Assembly: GCA_002189035.1 (NCBI GenBank)
Contig: CM007989.1
Location: 1,178,001 to 1,242,000 of the forward strand
DNA length: 64,000 nt
Direction: 5' to 3'
Origin: Utricularia gibba
Lineage: Eukaryota > Plantae > Magnoliophyta
Positions 25,892 through 38,643 of the stretch are shown piece after piece; the first letter of the stretch is position 1; each line of letters starts with the position of its first letter. A program made the position numbers and the translations under genes. The notes beneath the pieces were generated by a model. It ran no database searches and had not been told where the DNA came from. It saw only the letters and a list, made by a program, of their open reading frames with translations.

Positions 25892-26934
25892 TCACGGTTC
25901 TGAACCTTCGCGAATCTCAGTATGGTCTTCTTTGGTTTCCACACCATTGTTCCCTCTTTCAGAACCTTCATTTTCCAGATTCAAATCCTCCGTTCCTGAC
26001 CATCACCTTCTTTATTCGTGCTCTCTTCCTCCCTATTGTTGCTCTCCTCATCAAAAGCAGTCGTTGCTACTCGGGCCACTTGAACTTCCAGCTTGTTTCC
26101 ATCATCTGAGATCAGTTCTTCAGAATCTTCTGTCCTCAAAGAATGCCTCAGATCCTTGCGCCCAAATCTATTGTCCCAGAAACATTCTCCGAAAATTGAT
26201 TAAATTGGACAGCTGACTTCGTTTCAAAAGATAGCTGCAATTGATAAAACAGCCAGATTCCTACGACATGGAATACACTTAGCTACAGAACATGCTTCAG
26301 CCTAAGCCCTTGATTCCCCTCATTCACAAAAAAGAAGCATCAAATGCCAACCTCAACAGGGTAAATTGTCATCGGCCTAGTCTGTGTTCCAGTTTGACAA
26401 AATCCCAGAACAATTGTTCCCTAGTTTCGTCCACTCCATTTCTTCTTACAGCACTTACTGTTGATCATCAAAAGTATTCAATTCAATTCAATTCTCACAT
26501 AACTAACCAACATCAAAGCAAAGAATTATCCACACTCCACATCCATTCCATACATCACTTAGATCTAAAACAGAAACTTCAATCAATCGGAGAGTCAAAT
26601 AAAACGCAGTGTAATCGAGCGAGGAACTCACCAGGTCTCCGCATTCAAAAATATAACCGAAACATCATCGAATCTGAACTTGTTGATCCAATCAATAATA
26701 CAGCCAAACAGAGGTCTTGCGTAAAACCCAAAAGAAAGGTAGATCGAGGAAGTTAAAGCATCATACCTCCAAAACCGAGGACCTCAGAATGCAAGGTACA
26801 TTTGCAATTAAAGATTCGATCTTGGATGAGGTAAACATGTGGGTTTTGTGGGCAAGATGTAGAAATCCCAAAATCTCAACAAAAGTTTCGTAACGATGCC
26901 GCAGTAAGAGGAAACAAGAAAAAAAGACAGACAT
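25892..26934 (-). CDS. Candidate unidentified gene with an acidic Glu/Asp/Asn-rich C-terminal part; putative exons 26934-26767 and 26234-25892, two apparent 1-nt frameshifts
   Basis: ATG-led 56-codon exon ending GAG|gtatga, T-rich intron ending ttgcag|, then LSFETKSAVQF...EDSEELISDDGNKLEV...DEESNNREEESTNKEGDGQE...; no family recognised. Confidence 0.4.
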
Positions 26935-27726
26935 GAGTGGAAACGATGGTGACGATTCTCAAGAAACCCGTTGTCTTCAAAAACAATTGGACTGATAGTA
27001 ATGTATATTTGATGTTTTAAAAATACGAATATTTTATAAAATAATTATGGAAAAAGTATTATAAACTTTTATTTTATACGAGTTCTGCTGATCAAAGCAA
27101 GTTCAATTTTTTTCATATTTCTCATTTATTTTTTTTTCAATTTTTACATATTTCATTTTTTTTAATTTCACTTCTTCATAGATGCAATAATAATAAAAAA
27201 TACGATAAAATATATACAGTAACAAAAAATAATGACGTATTATTATAAAAAATACAAATTTCTATTGCAAAACTATGACATAATATCTATAAGTTAAAAT
27301 ATAAAAAATAGAATTAAAAAAAACAAATTATTATAAATAAAATTATTTTCTACAATCACATCTCGGTCAAATAATGTAGTGTAATTAGGACTTGGGCGAA
27401 ACGTCACCTTCATATTCCCTACTCCCTGCCTGCTTGTTCGGACACGTCATCGTGTTGCCCAGCTAGGACTTATAGAAAAAAGGCGATTGGTTGAGCGACC
27501 TAAGCGGGGCCCAGTCATTAAATAAAATCGAGGGCCGATAATTAATGAGAGCTTGATGGATTGGAGGGTCCTTATGCCGCCACGTTATCTGATTTAAGCA
27601 TGGGCCGTACCCAATTAGAGAGACACTTACCCACTTCAGGCCCACATTACCCACAATTTATGTTCCCCAATACAAACCATGTTTCATTTAATTGTTCATA
27701 TTTATAACGTTTAAAAATAACAATGA

Positions 27727-27744
27727 ATATATATATATATATAT
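27727..27744. repeat. (AT)9 microsatellite
   Basis: Direct read of atatatatatatatatat in an intergenic spacer. Confidence 0.85.
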
Positions 27745-29354
27745 CAAGCATTAGAAATTTACTTCAAATATATTTAATTTTGGCAATATTGTGCTGGTAA
27801 TTTAATTTTACAAAATAACGTATTATTTAACCATAAAAAGAAACATTTATTTACAATAAAAAAATATTCGAAAACGTATAATTTATAAGCTATCAATAAA
27901 TACGAAAAAAATAACAGTTGATATGAATAAATAACTAGGACCAGTTTTTATAAAATTTTGTAACTATATCTAGTTATAACTAATTATCTTATTTAATTTT
28001 TTTTAATGATAAATAGTACAGATTGAAATAAACTCTCCTTAATAGGATTAAGTAAAGCTTTTTCAACTCTCTTTTTATTTAAATTCATTTAACAAACACA
28101 ACCTGATTTATAACTATTACTTTAAACCCTGCTCACTCCATCAACAAAAAAAAATTCATCCCATAAATCTATAATTTTGGATCCATGAAATGAATCTCCA
28201 TAAAGCCAAAGTTTTATTTTTAAAAGTACAAAGATTTAGAAATCCTTATTATTATTTTAAAAAAATTGTAATGAAAACTTCTATTTTATGGGAAGTAATT
28301 TTTTTTCCAGAATATAATTAATCATATTCAAAGATTTACTTTGGACCATTAACTGAATTTGGAGACATCCGAGAGTCAATGGCAAGCAGCACAGTTGCAG
28401 GGAGGCATTTGTCAACTAAAAAATAACGCCTCCGACACGCCAAGTGCGGCGTAGGGGCTCATACAACTTGAAATCCGCTGTCATGTCCGAATACCAGCGT
28501 CGTCCGCCACCGACACTCCCAGAAACCGAGCATACCCAATGAACTCTTACTCCAATGGTAAACGGCGTTTCTGCGTTTGCTGAGTTTCAGGCGCCCTTTA
28601 AAGCCCAGAAATTTGGGGTTTCCGAGCGCTGCTGTGGAAACGGAGCTCCAGTTCTCTGTATATGGTCTCTCCTGTCGGCCGTGGCTTGCAGTCGACGTCG
28701 GCTTCGTTGGCATGTGCTCCAACATCCAATTGGATCAAATGGGTGCAGTCGTAAATGAGCAACCAAAGTAGCTCAGAGAAAATATCCACATGCAGTTAGT
28801 TGTTGGCGTATCCTGCTGGCTAGCTATCTGCCCGCATCTTGGTTTATTAAACCTGCTTTTGAATTCTCTAAACGCCATTCATGGAGATGGCCCAATTTTA
28901 AAATGTAAATAGACACATGCAAGGCAATGATGAAGATAGACTCCATGCCACATAAAGTAAAGAAATAACAGAGAAAGAGAAAGAGAGAGAGATCCATTAA
29001 AATATGTTGTCTTGTCTGCGAGTTCCAACCAAGATCCGAAGTGGTCTATGTCGAATTATGGAGAGGTGGTTAATTTAGCCTTTGGAAATAATCATGATTA
29101 TAAGCAACGTGAATTTGAGCAAATACCCAGTAAGACAGCAGTTGCGGATAAGGAAGTGAGTGAGATGCGGGCGAGGACGATGGTGTTAAAAAGCACTAAG
29201 ACTGAGGTTGATGTTAGAGAGGGATTGCGGGTCCGGTGACGGCTTTTCATTAGCTGTACTCGGAAGGTGCATTCCATCCCCATCTTCGTCAATCGCCTCC
29301 CCGTCTGCATATAAATAACTAACCGTCGTCGTCCTTCCCAGCACCCCACTACCC

Positions 29355-30437
29355 ATGGCTCTTCCGCCTCTTGCTTCTCTGGGACTCCTCCTCTGTTTGC
29401 TTGCCGCCTGCGTTTCCGGCCGCCCCACCACATTCTACGGCGACTTTCATGTCTCCTGGGCCGATACCCATGTCCGCCAGTTCAACGGCGGACGCTCCGT
29501 TCAGCTGGTCCTGGACCGCAGCTCAGGTCAGCAGTGAACGGTACTACTCACTGGCTTCTGTACTTTTTGCGTAATTGTATCCAAACCTCTTTCCTTCAGG
29601 ATGCGGGTTTGCTTCCAAGAACAAGTACTTGTTTGGAAAAGTAAGCATGAACATTAAGTTGGTCCCGGGTGACTCCGCGGGGACAGTTGCTGCATTTTAC
29701 GTAAGTTTTTATTCAGCAGCAAAGAAAAAACATCTTCATTTGTCTGAATTGTTCCTTTGCGGTGGACAGCTGATGTCCGACAGTTTTGGAGTTCGTGACG
29801 AGCTGGATTTCGAGTTCTTGGGTAACCGTTCCGGTCAGCCATACACCGTCCAAACTAACGTATACGCCAATGGGAAAGGAGACCGTGAGCAGAGGATCAA
29901 TCTCTGGTTCGATCCCTCAAAGGATTTCCACAAGTACTCCATTCTATGGAATCATTATCAAATCGTGTAAGAATAGTTACACATTTTTTTTTCCTATTTC
30001 ATGGGAAAAACACTTCTTATGCCCAGGCTTAACATCCTTGGAGCAGGTTCTATGTGGACGACGTTCCGGTTCGGGTGTACAAAAACAACGAAGGAAAAGG
30101 AGTCCCGTTCCCGAAATTCCAGCCAATGGGGATCTACTCCACTCTTTGGGAAGCCGATGACTGGGCCACGAGAGGAGGTTTAGAGAAAATAGACTGGTCG
30201 AAGGCTCCATTCTACGCCTACTACTCCGATTTCGATATCGAGGGTTGCCCGGTTCCGGGGCCGGCGCAATGCCCGTCGTACGGTGGTAATTGGTGGGAGG
30301 CGGCGGCGTACCGCCAGCTCAGCGGGGTGGAGCTAGAACGGTACACATGGGTAAGAACGAATCACATGATATATGACTACTGCGCCGATAAACAAAGGTT
30401 CCATGCCGTGCCGACGGAGTGCTTCGCCGGAATATGA
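29355..30437 (+). CDS. XTH: Xyloglucan endotransglucosylase/hydrolase (GH16, XTH6/7-like); exons 29355-29526, 29600-29700, 29770-29966, 30047-30437
   Basis: Signal peptide, catalytic [13 protein letters not shown] (N-glycosylation site follows), [24 protein letters not shown]...ECF; canonical 101-nt second exon. Confidence 0.96.
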
Positions 30438-31466
30438 TCGTCGGTGGCGCTGCAATGGGGTATATATTTATATAAATACGTGATTTCCTACTTGTCCAAT
30501 CAAAACTCTCCACCTAATCATTCACCTTCTTCCTTCTACATTCAACTTATTATCCTAAAAAAATATCTTTTTTATTTTTATAATAATTTTAATTAATTTT
30601 CATTTAATTTATTATAAAAATAAAATTGACGGAAATCATAAATAAAGTTAAAAATGAGTTGAAATCTATATTATTAAATGATTTTTATATTATTTTCCCA
30701 AACAATTAAAATAGAAATATGTGAATTTGTGCAATCAAGAGTCACGTGTGCAGTGTAATTTTGTGGATATTCACTCACGTGTCAGTAAATGGCTGTGGTA
30801 CATGTGTCAGCGAAGGTGTATCTTGTTTTATTCTTATCCCACAACTAGATCCGGTCTAAGGCTAAGCCCATCTGTACGAGAGCACAATCACAACGCTGGG
30901 CCCAAACAGAGCCCATGTAATTAAGAATGGGCCCAGTAATACAAAAGTTAGTTGTGTTTAGTTTTTTCATATTAAAAACCTTTTTTAAAAAAGGTATTAT
31001 GAATATATATTTTTGAAAATTATAAACGTTTCTAAATTTCTAATTTTTAATAATAAAAATCACTAATACTTAATCATAAATATTTTTTTAGAAATAGAAA
31101 TCATTTCAAGTGAATTATTTATCGCAAATAATTTTTATTTTCTAGCAAATATACTGACTGTACAAATCAATATTAAACACATTAGTTATCTCATACCTGT
31201 TGCTAAATTGTGGGGTTAATGTCGCAATCACGTCATCAAAATTTATCGCGGGATTAATTCCCTTAATTGGCGTTGGTGAAACGATATAATGGACTAAACG
31301 GCGTCGTATTGTGGAGTAGCAGTAAGCGTGTCGAGTGCAACTTTACTTTCAAAAATAGTCAGTTTGCTCCACCGAAACCCAGACTCGGGACGAAAAAAGG
31401 CATCATTCCAGAGATTCTGAGGTTGAAGCGTGATCGAATAATGCGTTTGTAGCTCTGGATCATTCT

Positions 31467-34400
31467 ATGAAGAGCCCAGTTCCGTGGCCGGAGAATCGGA
31501 TGTCGAGTCCCGTAAATGGTGCACTTGCGCTGTCGCCGAATTCTGGTTCGGCTAGGGTTTTGAAAACCCCTTTAACCGATGAAGCTATGTGGAAACGGTT
31601 GGGGGAAGTGGGTCTCGATGAAGAGTCAATCAAACGCAGAGATAAAGCTGCCCTGATCGCGTATATCGCGAAACTGGAATCTGAGGTGTTTTATTTACCG
31701 TCTCTTTATTGAATTTTTTGTGCAAGTGGGTATTTTGACGATTTCATGCACTTTCAGTTGTCTTGTTGCTTAAGTGTGCATTCAGCTGCTACTGTTCTTT
31801 AGTAATTATAGCTGGGTGGGTTGCATCAGATAGTTGAGCACCAACACCAGATGGGGCTTCTCATTTTGGAAAGAAAGGATTGGCTGTCCAAGTACGAGGA
31901 AGCTAAAATAGAAGCTGCCACGGCTGTACTAAACTTGAAGAAGAAATGTGCTTCTGATGCTAGTGATGTTGTTGAAGCACGAAAACGGGAGGATAGTTTG
32001 AAGAAGGCACTCGGGGTTGAGAAAGAATGTGTTAAGAATGTAATACTCTTTTTTACTCTGCAATGTTGTTTCTGATTATCATCGCAATACATGTTCTCAT
32101 TGCTGAGCCTTTCCAGCTTGAAAAAACATTGCATGAGATTCGGGCTGAGTATGCTGAGATAAAGTTTTCGGCTGAAAATAAGCTGAATGAGGCAAGGAAA
32201 ATGGTAGACGATGCATCGTTGAGATGCTCAAACGCAGAGGAGAAAATGCGTGCTGCTGAATCTCTGGAAGCTGAGGCTAGTCGTTATCACCGTGCAGCAG
32301 AAAGAAAGTTGCATGAAGTAGAAGAACGTGAAGACAATTTACGGAGACGTATTGTGTCTTCTAAGTTTGAGTATGCTCATAGTCCTTACTTTCTGGTTTC
32401 CTTCTTTTTCTCAGTTCACATGATCTATATTCTCAAGCAAGATGGATATCTGTGGTTTGCGAGTAAGGTTTATAGATTCTGGAGCCTCTTTTATGAATTT
32501 CGACCCTAATATTGCTTGTCAAATAATGTATCGTTTTAGTTACAGTTGAACCTGTTTTATTTGCCACAATACCTGATGTTGCGTATTCTAGTTTTGATGC
32601 TAAAGAGCGGGAGATTCAACTTGAGAGGGAAGCACTCTCCGAAAAGCAAAGAGTTCTGCAGCAGACACAAGAAAGGTTGATGGATACTCAAGCTCTGCTG
32701 AATCAGAGAGAAGATTATGTTTTTAACAAAACGCAAGAACTGAAGAACTCTGAGGAAGAACTGGAGGTCCAAAAGTCGAGCCTTCATAAAGACCGTGCAA
32801 CACTTAATGAAGAAAAGGTGATGCTGGAGATGAAGAGTAGGTCTTTGAGTGCAAGGGAGGAGGTAAGCTTATGGGTTCATTTCGTTTTTTTAATCCCAAC
32901 GTAGTTTTCTATTCCAAAATTTTTTCTTTTGGTAGTTTTTGGTATCCATCTACGCATATTTTGTTTTCTAGGCTGTTATTCAAAGAGAGCGTGATCTGCT
33001 GAAAAAGGAGGAAGAGTTGCATTTGTTGCAGGCTGAGATTGCAAGTAAAGAAAACGTAAGTCAACGCTTTTGGGTGAAAGGAATCAACAATATGAGCATT
33101 TTTCCCTTCCGGCGGGCCATGTTTTAAAATTATTTTTCTGTTTTTACAAACTTACAGGATACTATGCAGCAAGCAGTTTCTGATCATGAAGCCACCATGA
33201 CAATGAAAAGCGCTGCATTGGATGCAGAAGTAGAGGCAAAGCTCAAATTGCTAGAGGATGAAAGCATTTCCAGGAGACGCGCCTGGGAACTAAGAGAACT
33301 GGATATCAAACAACAGGAAGATATTATTAAAGAAAGAGAACGAGAATTGGATGCTAAATCGAGGCATCTGAAGGAGATGCAGAAAGATGTTGAAGGCAAG
33401 CTAATTTTAATAGAAGAGAAAGAAAAGAATCTTTTGGTAGCAGAAGATGAGTTGGAGTCAAAGAAAAAAACCCTCGAGCTAGAAAAGCAAACAGTCGGTG
33501 CAATGAAGGGTGACGTCCAGAAAATGTCCGACCTGCTGTTGGAAAAGCAAAGGGATATGAATGATGCGTTAGAGAAATTGGAGACACTGCGGAGTGAGTC
33601 GGAAGACTTACCTGACCTTGAAGTGAGACTTAAGCAAGAGATTGACTTTGTTAATGCACAGAAACAGGCACTTGAGGCAGAGGCAGAACGCTTGAATTCA
33701 GAGAAAGCGAAATTTGAAACTGAGTGGGAATCACTTGATGAGAAACGAGAAGAGCTGGCTAAAGAGGCACAGCTGATTGCTGAGGGGAAGATGGCTGCTG
33801 CCAATTTTCTGAGAGAGGAAAGAGAGAGCTTGAAACAAGAGAAGGAAGCTATGAGAGAGCATTACAAAAGGGACCTTGACTCACTGGACCATGATCGACA
33901 GGTATTCATGACTGAATTTGAACAAGAACGCACTGAATGGTTCGCCAAGATTCAGAAAGAACGCTCAGATTTCTTGAGTGACATTGAGATGAGGAAAAGG
34001 GAACTTGAGAACTGTATCGAGAAGAGGCGTGAAGAAATAGAGCATTACCTTCAAGAAAGAGAGCGGGAAATCGAAGAAAAGAAAACGAAAGAACTTGATG
34101 ACATCAATGCACTCAAGGAAAGAGTTCGTTGGGAGCTAGAACACGTGGAATCTGAAACGAAGAAGCTTGAAGCTGAAAGAGTAGCAATCAATTTGGATCG
34201 TGAGAAAAGAGATCAGGAGTGGGCTGAGCTGAACATCTCAATCGAAGAGCTTAAGCTGCAAAGAGAAAAATTAGAGAAACAAAGAGAATCACTGAGAGCT
34301 GATAGAGAAGAGCTACTTGCCCACATTGAAACCTTAAAGAAACTGGAGGATCTGAAGGGAAAACTGGATGCAGTCGATGTGATTGAAATGTTCAAGGCCA

Positions 34401-35033
34401 ATTTGCTGGCCACTGAGCAGTTAATTTCTCCAAAAAGTGCTGTGAATCAGTCACAAGAAGAGGCCTTGCTTCAGAATGAAAATGCTGGCACTGGTCTTGG
34501 CTCTGATGCATCAAATGTGAAAGCTTCTGACAAGCCTTCCTTGCTTGCTAGCCCTTTTTTGTCGGTGAAGCGGTGGGCTAATTCACTGCTGGAATCAAGA
34601 GAGGTTAAGCGAAGAAGAAAAGAAGATGATGCTTCATCTCAGGAATCTGAAGACACCACTCCCAGGTACCCTCTAACGGCTTCTTTAGTGGTGGCGACTC
34701 ATTGTGGTTATCTGACAATCTACATGTATGCTATTGTAAAGTAACCTGGTTCTGTCCTTCATGCAGTGACGTACCCAAGACCGAAGAGGAGGCTATCCCG
34801 GTCAATGAACCTTCAGTTCGTGCAGGGACAACAACTGTTACAGAAAAAATCATCACAATTGAAGAAACAAAAACCACCACCATAGTTGATGAACTTGAGG
34901 TACACATTACTTCTTCTACCATCATTTGTCACAGGCACAATGCTCCTGCCCTTCCCTTGGTCTCATTTCCCTTCCAACTCAATAACTGCAGTATGAAAAT
35001 GGAGACCTTGAGAGTAAAGCAGACGATCAATGA
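31467..35033 (+). CDS. CRWN4: Nuclear lamina coiled-coil protein CRWN4/NMCP2; exons 31467-31685, 31830-32039, 32117-32370, 32592-32862, 32972-33055, 33158-34665, 34767-34899, 34992-35033
   Basis: VLKTPLTDEAMWKRL...DEESIKRRDKAALIAYIAKLESE, RRAWELRELDIKQ, EKAKFETEWE and EWAELNISIEELK are NMCP2-clade signatures; long heptad rod; frame kept at all junctions. Confidence 0.93.
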
Positions 35034-36574
35034 AAAGATGGATGCATTAGAGCAGAGTAGACTTAGCCGGTATTCGATGTTTGTGATTAGCGGTTCCCCT
35101 GTGTGTCATTCTCTCCACTTATTTGGCTTCTGAGTTGCCTTTGTCTTGCCCTTCCTCCCAAAAAAAAAAAGCTAACTTTTTTTCTAACCAGGATGATCGC
35201 TTTGGTTGACAGTAGTGGTTGGTGTTCTCTGTGAACTACTGTGTGTCACTCCAATTTTAAAATACCTTGTGACCTCCCCCTTCTTATTCACCAACTTCCC
35301 TCCTAAGGAGTTAAAACATAAAAAACAATGGGCATTTATTGCACACTAATATTCGATATTTTTGTCTACTTTGCAATAAAAAAATTTGTCTATTTATATA
35401 CATATCTTAGATTAGGTTATGCATGTCATATTAAATTTTAATACCTGAAAATAGAATAATAATACCTTGCCTATTACGTTATAATCATATGTTCTTTGAA
35501 TTTTACTTGAAACGAGTTCTATTTTTTATTGAATATAAATGAATTACATTAAAATAAATAATACTACATCAAGAAACTGAATAGATCATGATGACGCAAT
35601 AGGGTATATAAAAAAATATACATTATTAATAATTGATTGAATTTAATATTTTATAATGTGATATATATTTATTATATATTTGAATCTTATTTCTGTTTTA
35701 TCGAATTCTTAATTTCAATATGATATTAAATATGTATTATGGTACGATATATGTGGTTAAGATGGATTTTGTATTGATTTAAATTTTGATTAAAAAAATC
35801 AAAAAATACATTGCGATTAGAGAATACAATTAAATTGACATATGATTTAAGGAATACATATAATCACACACACACAAATAGCTATGAAAAAATAAAATAT
35901 AAATTAAAAGTTGCGGCTCAATCACATGACATATATTATTGCCCATTTTCATTGTCACATTATTTAATATTGTCGAGAAGAAATTAAGTTACTATATTTT
36001 AAATATACATTAAATTCTACACATCTCAACTTCCAACGGCATTGAACGGGTCTTTAGCCATTAACCAGCCTAGCCATATCGAATGTGTTGTCCAGACACG
36101 GTTTTTTCTCTGGTTCACATACGATACCAATAAATGGACAAGTCGCACATCTATTTCAGTTACTCAAAATATCATTACAAATCAATCGCCAATGATGCCG
36201 AGGTTTCTTCCCCTTTGTATTTGATAATCTTGTTTTAAACACATATGTATCCAGAATTAAAATGTATTTATAGACGTGTTATTTAATATAAGTGTGATTT
36301 ATTAAACGAGTTTATGTTCTTTTTATCAATATATTTGCTAAAAATATTATCTTTTTATTGACAGTGTGTTGAAGAGGGTAAAATGGTAAAATGCGCTAAC
36401 ATTTCGGAAGTTTTATTCTGTATGATTATAAGATTTGCAGGGGAGGAGAATTAAACTTTACCTTTTTACCCCTAGGGCATGGAATTTTACTGCGTATTTA
36501 CTCCCTCCACGTCCTCTATCTTATCTTATTTAAACACCCTTCCCCTCTCCTCCAAATGCCACTCTCTCAAAATC

Positions 36575-36992
36575 ATGTACAAGTTTTTCCTTCTCTTGTT
36601 GCTCCTCTCCTCCGCTGCCGTGTCCGCCCCGACACGTGATGCCGGACACGAGGTCAGTCATCATCATCCTTTTCCCCTCCTTAAACCAAACATGCTATAT
36701 AAGAAGTTTGCGCATACCATTAAACGCAGGGTTTAGATTCTCCACATCATTAGAATTCGAACGATACAACGCATGTTTTGGCGTGACCTATCAGTTTAAA
36801 CGTGATATGGATTTAGGGTTTTCATGTATCCTGTTTTTTTGGTTGCCATTTCCGGGGATATACCAGGTGTGGACGGAGCCCTCCACGGCGGAGAACGGCT
36901 GCCGGGGAATCTCTGAGGACGAGTGCTTGGTGAAGGCAACGCTAGCTGCCCACACCGACTACATCTACACTCAATCACTTCCCATGCCGTAG
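36575..36992 (+). CDS. PSK: Phytosulfokine precursor (67 aa); exons 36575-36652, 36867-36992
   Basis: Signal peptide MYKFFLLLLLLSSAAVSA, then CRGISEDECLV...AAHTDYIYTQ (PSK-alpha YIYTQ preceded by Asp). Confidence 0.93.
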
Positions 36993-38588
36993 ACCAACTA
37001 GTTGCTTCTTCTGTCATGTCCTCAGATCGATTACCATTCGCACTCTATCGTGCCCTAGTTTTCCATTACTGATTGCTCCTGCTGCTGTTTCATGAACTCC
37101 CTCTCTTTGTTGCACAGAAGTAACGCGCACACCACCACCCAAAAGGGTGGAATCGGAAAATTTCCGATGTGGGAAAGTTGAAACTTTTGAAGCGTGAATG
37201 CAGTTATTCATATGCAAACAACACCGCAGCCGATGTGCGGCCCAACCGAAGCAATTCAATGCTGAAATTTATTGCAGTGTCGTCATGCGAAGCATCATAC
37301 ACGTTACATCACACAAACCCACGCATTAGTTAGTGTAATTTCTCAACTTGTAATAAAATTTCAAACATGAATTAAAATAAGATATCTTTGTATTATATAA
37401 CTTTAAAAAGTGATAGCATAATAAGAAATACGTCCTGCTGTAAAATGAAAAATTAAGAAAGTAATTTGAATAAATAAAAATAAGAAATCAAAATGAGTGA
37501 AGTATTTAATTTTGCATTTATGTGTTATTTTTTAGAATGAGAATTTCACAAATTTATTTTGAAAAATAAAAATAACTATATTCTACACAAATATTAAATT
37601 TTCATTTCGAGAATAAAAACATATATAGAATATAACCCTAGTTTTTTGTCTTCGTAACATTTTTTTAATATTCAATTCAATAAAAGATTGATTATATATC
37701 ATGATCCTCAAGATAAAAAAAAATCGAACTAAGTGAATTTGATGTGAATGGGCTTCACTTACAAGAATCCTCGAAGTCGAACCGGGAATAATCCAACTTG
37801 AGAATCGTATGATCCAATCACTCAAATTATAATCTATAGAAGTATCTTGAGCAATTCACTATCTATCTTGTATATAGAAAAAAAAAATGAAAGATTTCGA
37901 AAAACTTGAGTGCATTTTGTAAAATATTGTTTAAGAAATAATTTAATTTAATATAAACTAATATTTGATGTTGTGTTGCGAAAGGTGAGAAGCATTCAAC
38001 TCCATTTATAGGTCAGCGTCAGCGTCCCCCTCGTACTAAAACGCTGAGTCGCAAGCTAAATAATTTCCATTTTTAAATTTAGGGTGGGCCAGACAGACGG
38101 ACGAATCGCAATCACGAGGACGCGACGTGTCGCCATGTGCAATGACGATGCTGACCTTAGGTGCTGCGTACCCTTCGTCTAGCCGCAAGCACGTCGACTC
38201 GGTCATAATTATCATCATAAAAAATGAATAGAATAATTTCCCATTTTTCTGATCTTTGTAATTCCTGAAATGTGTAGTGACGTACAATGGCACTGCATAT
38301 CATGGTGGGTTATTTTTTTAAAATTTTTTTATAAAATATTTTTTATAAAAAACAAAATGTTTTAATTATGATTTGAATCAAAATTGACCCTTTCAAACTA
38401 TAATCTTTTTTTTTGACAATTTAAAATATAATGCTCGAAGCCATAAAGAATAACCCCATCCATGTTCAACCGCCTCCTTGGTAATACTAATACGGCTCTG
38501 GTTAGAGTATTTGTTTGCCAAATACTTATTTTATTTTCAAAATAAACCGTATTTGTAATTTAAAACACATCCTACAAAAGGCAATCTC

Positions 38589-38643
38589 AAACCCTAAACC
38601 TCAAATTCTAAAACATAAAACCTCCTAAACCCTAAACTCTAAA
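38589..38643 (+). repeat. Degenerate interstitial telomere-like (CCCTAAA) / telo-box repeats
   Basis: AAACCCTAAACC at 38589-38600 and CTAAACCCTAAACTCTAAA at 38625-38643, with degenerate units between. Confidence 0.55.

Noticed and set aside
26292-26756. 154-aa plus-strand ORF
   Set aside because: Its composition reflects the complement of a T-rich intron of the candidate minus-strand gene; no domain
35913-35924. miR171-like 12-mer GCGGCTCAATCA
   Set aside because: The match breaks after 12 nt, in an AT-rich context with no foldback
37165-37174. Exact snRNA USE element TCCCACATCG on the minus strand (U6/U3/7SL/telomerase RNA promoter?)
   Set aside because: There is no TATA box at the required spacing downstream and no recognisable snRNA body
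38589-38643. Telomerase RNA template
   Set aside because: No USE-TATA promoter upstream and no Pol III terminator arrangement
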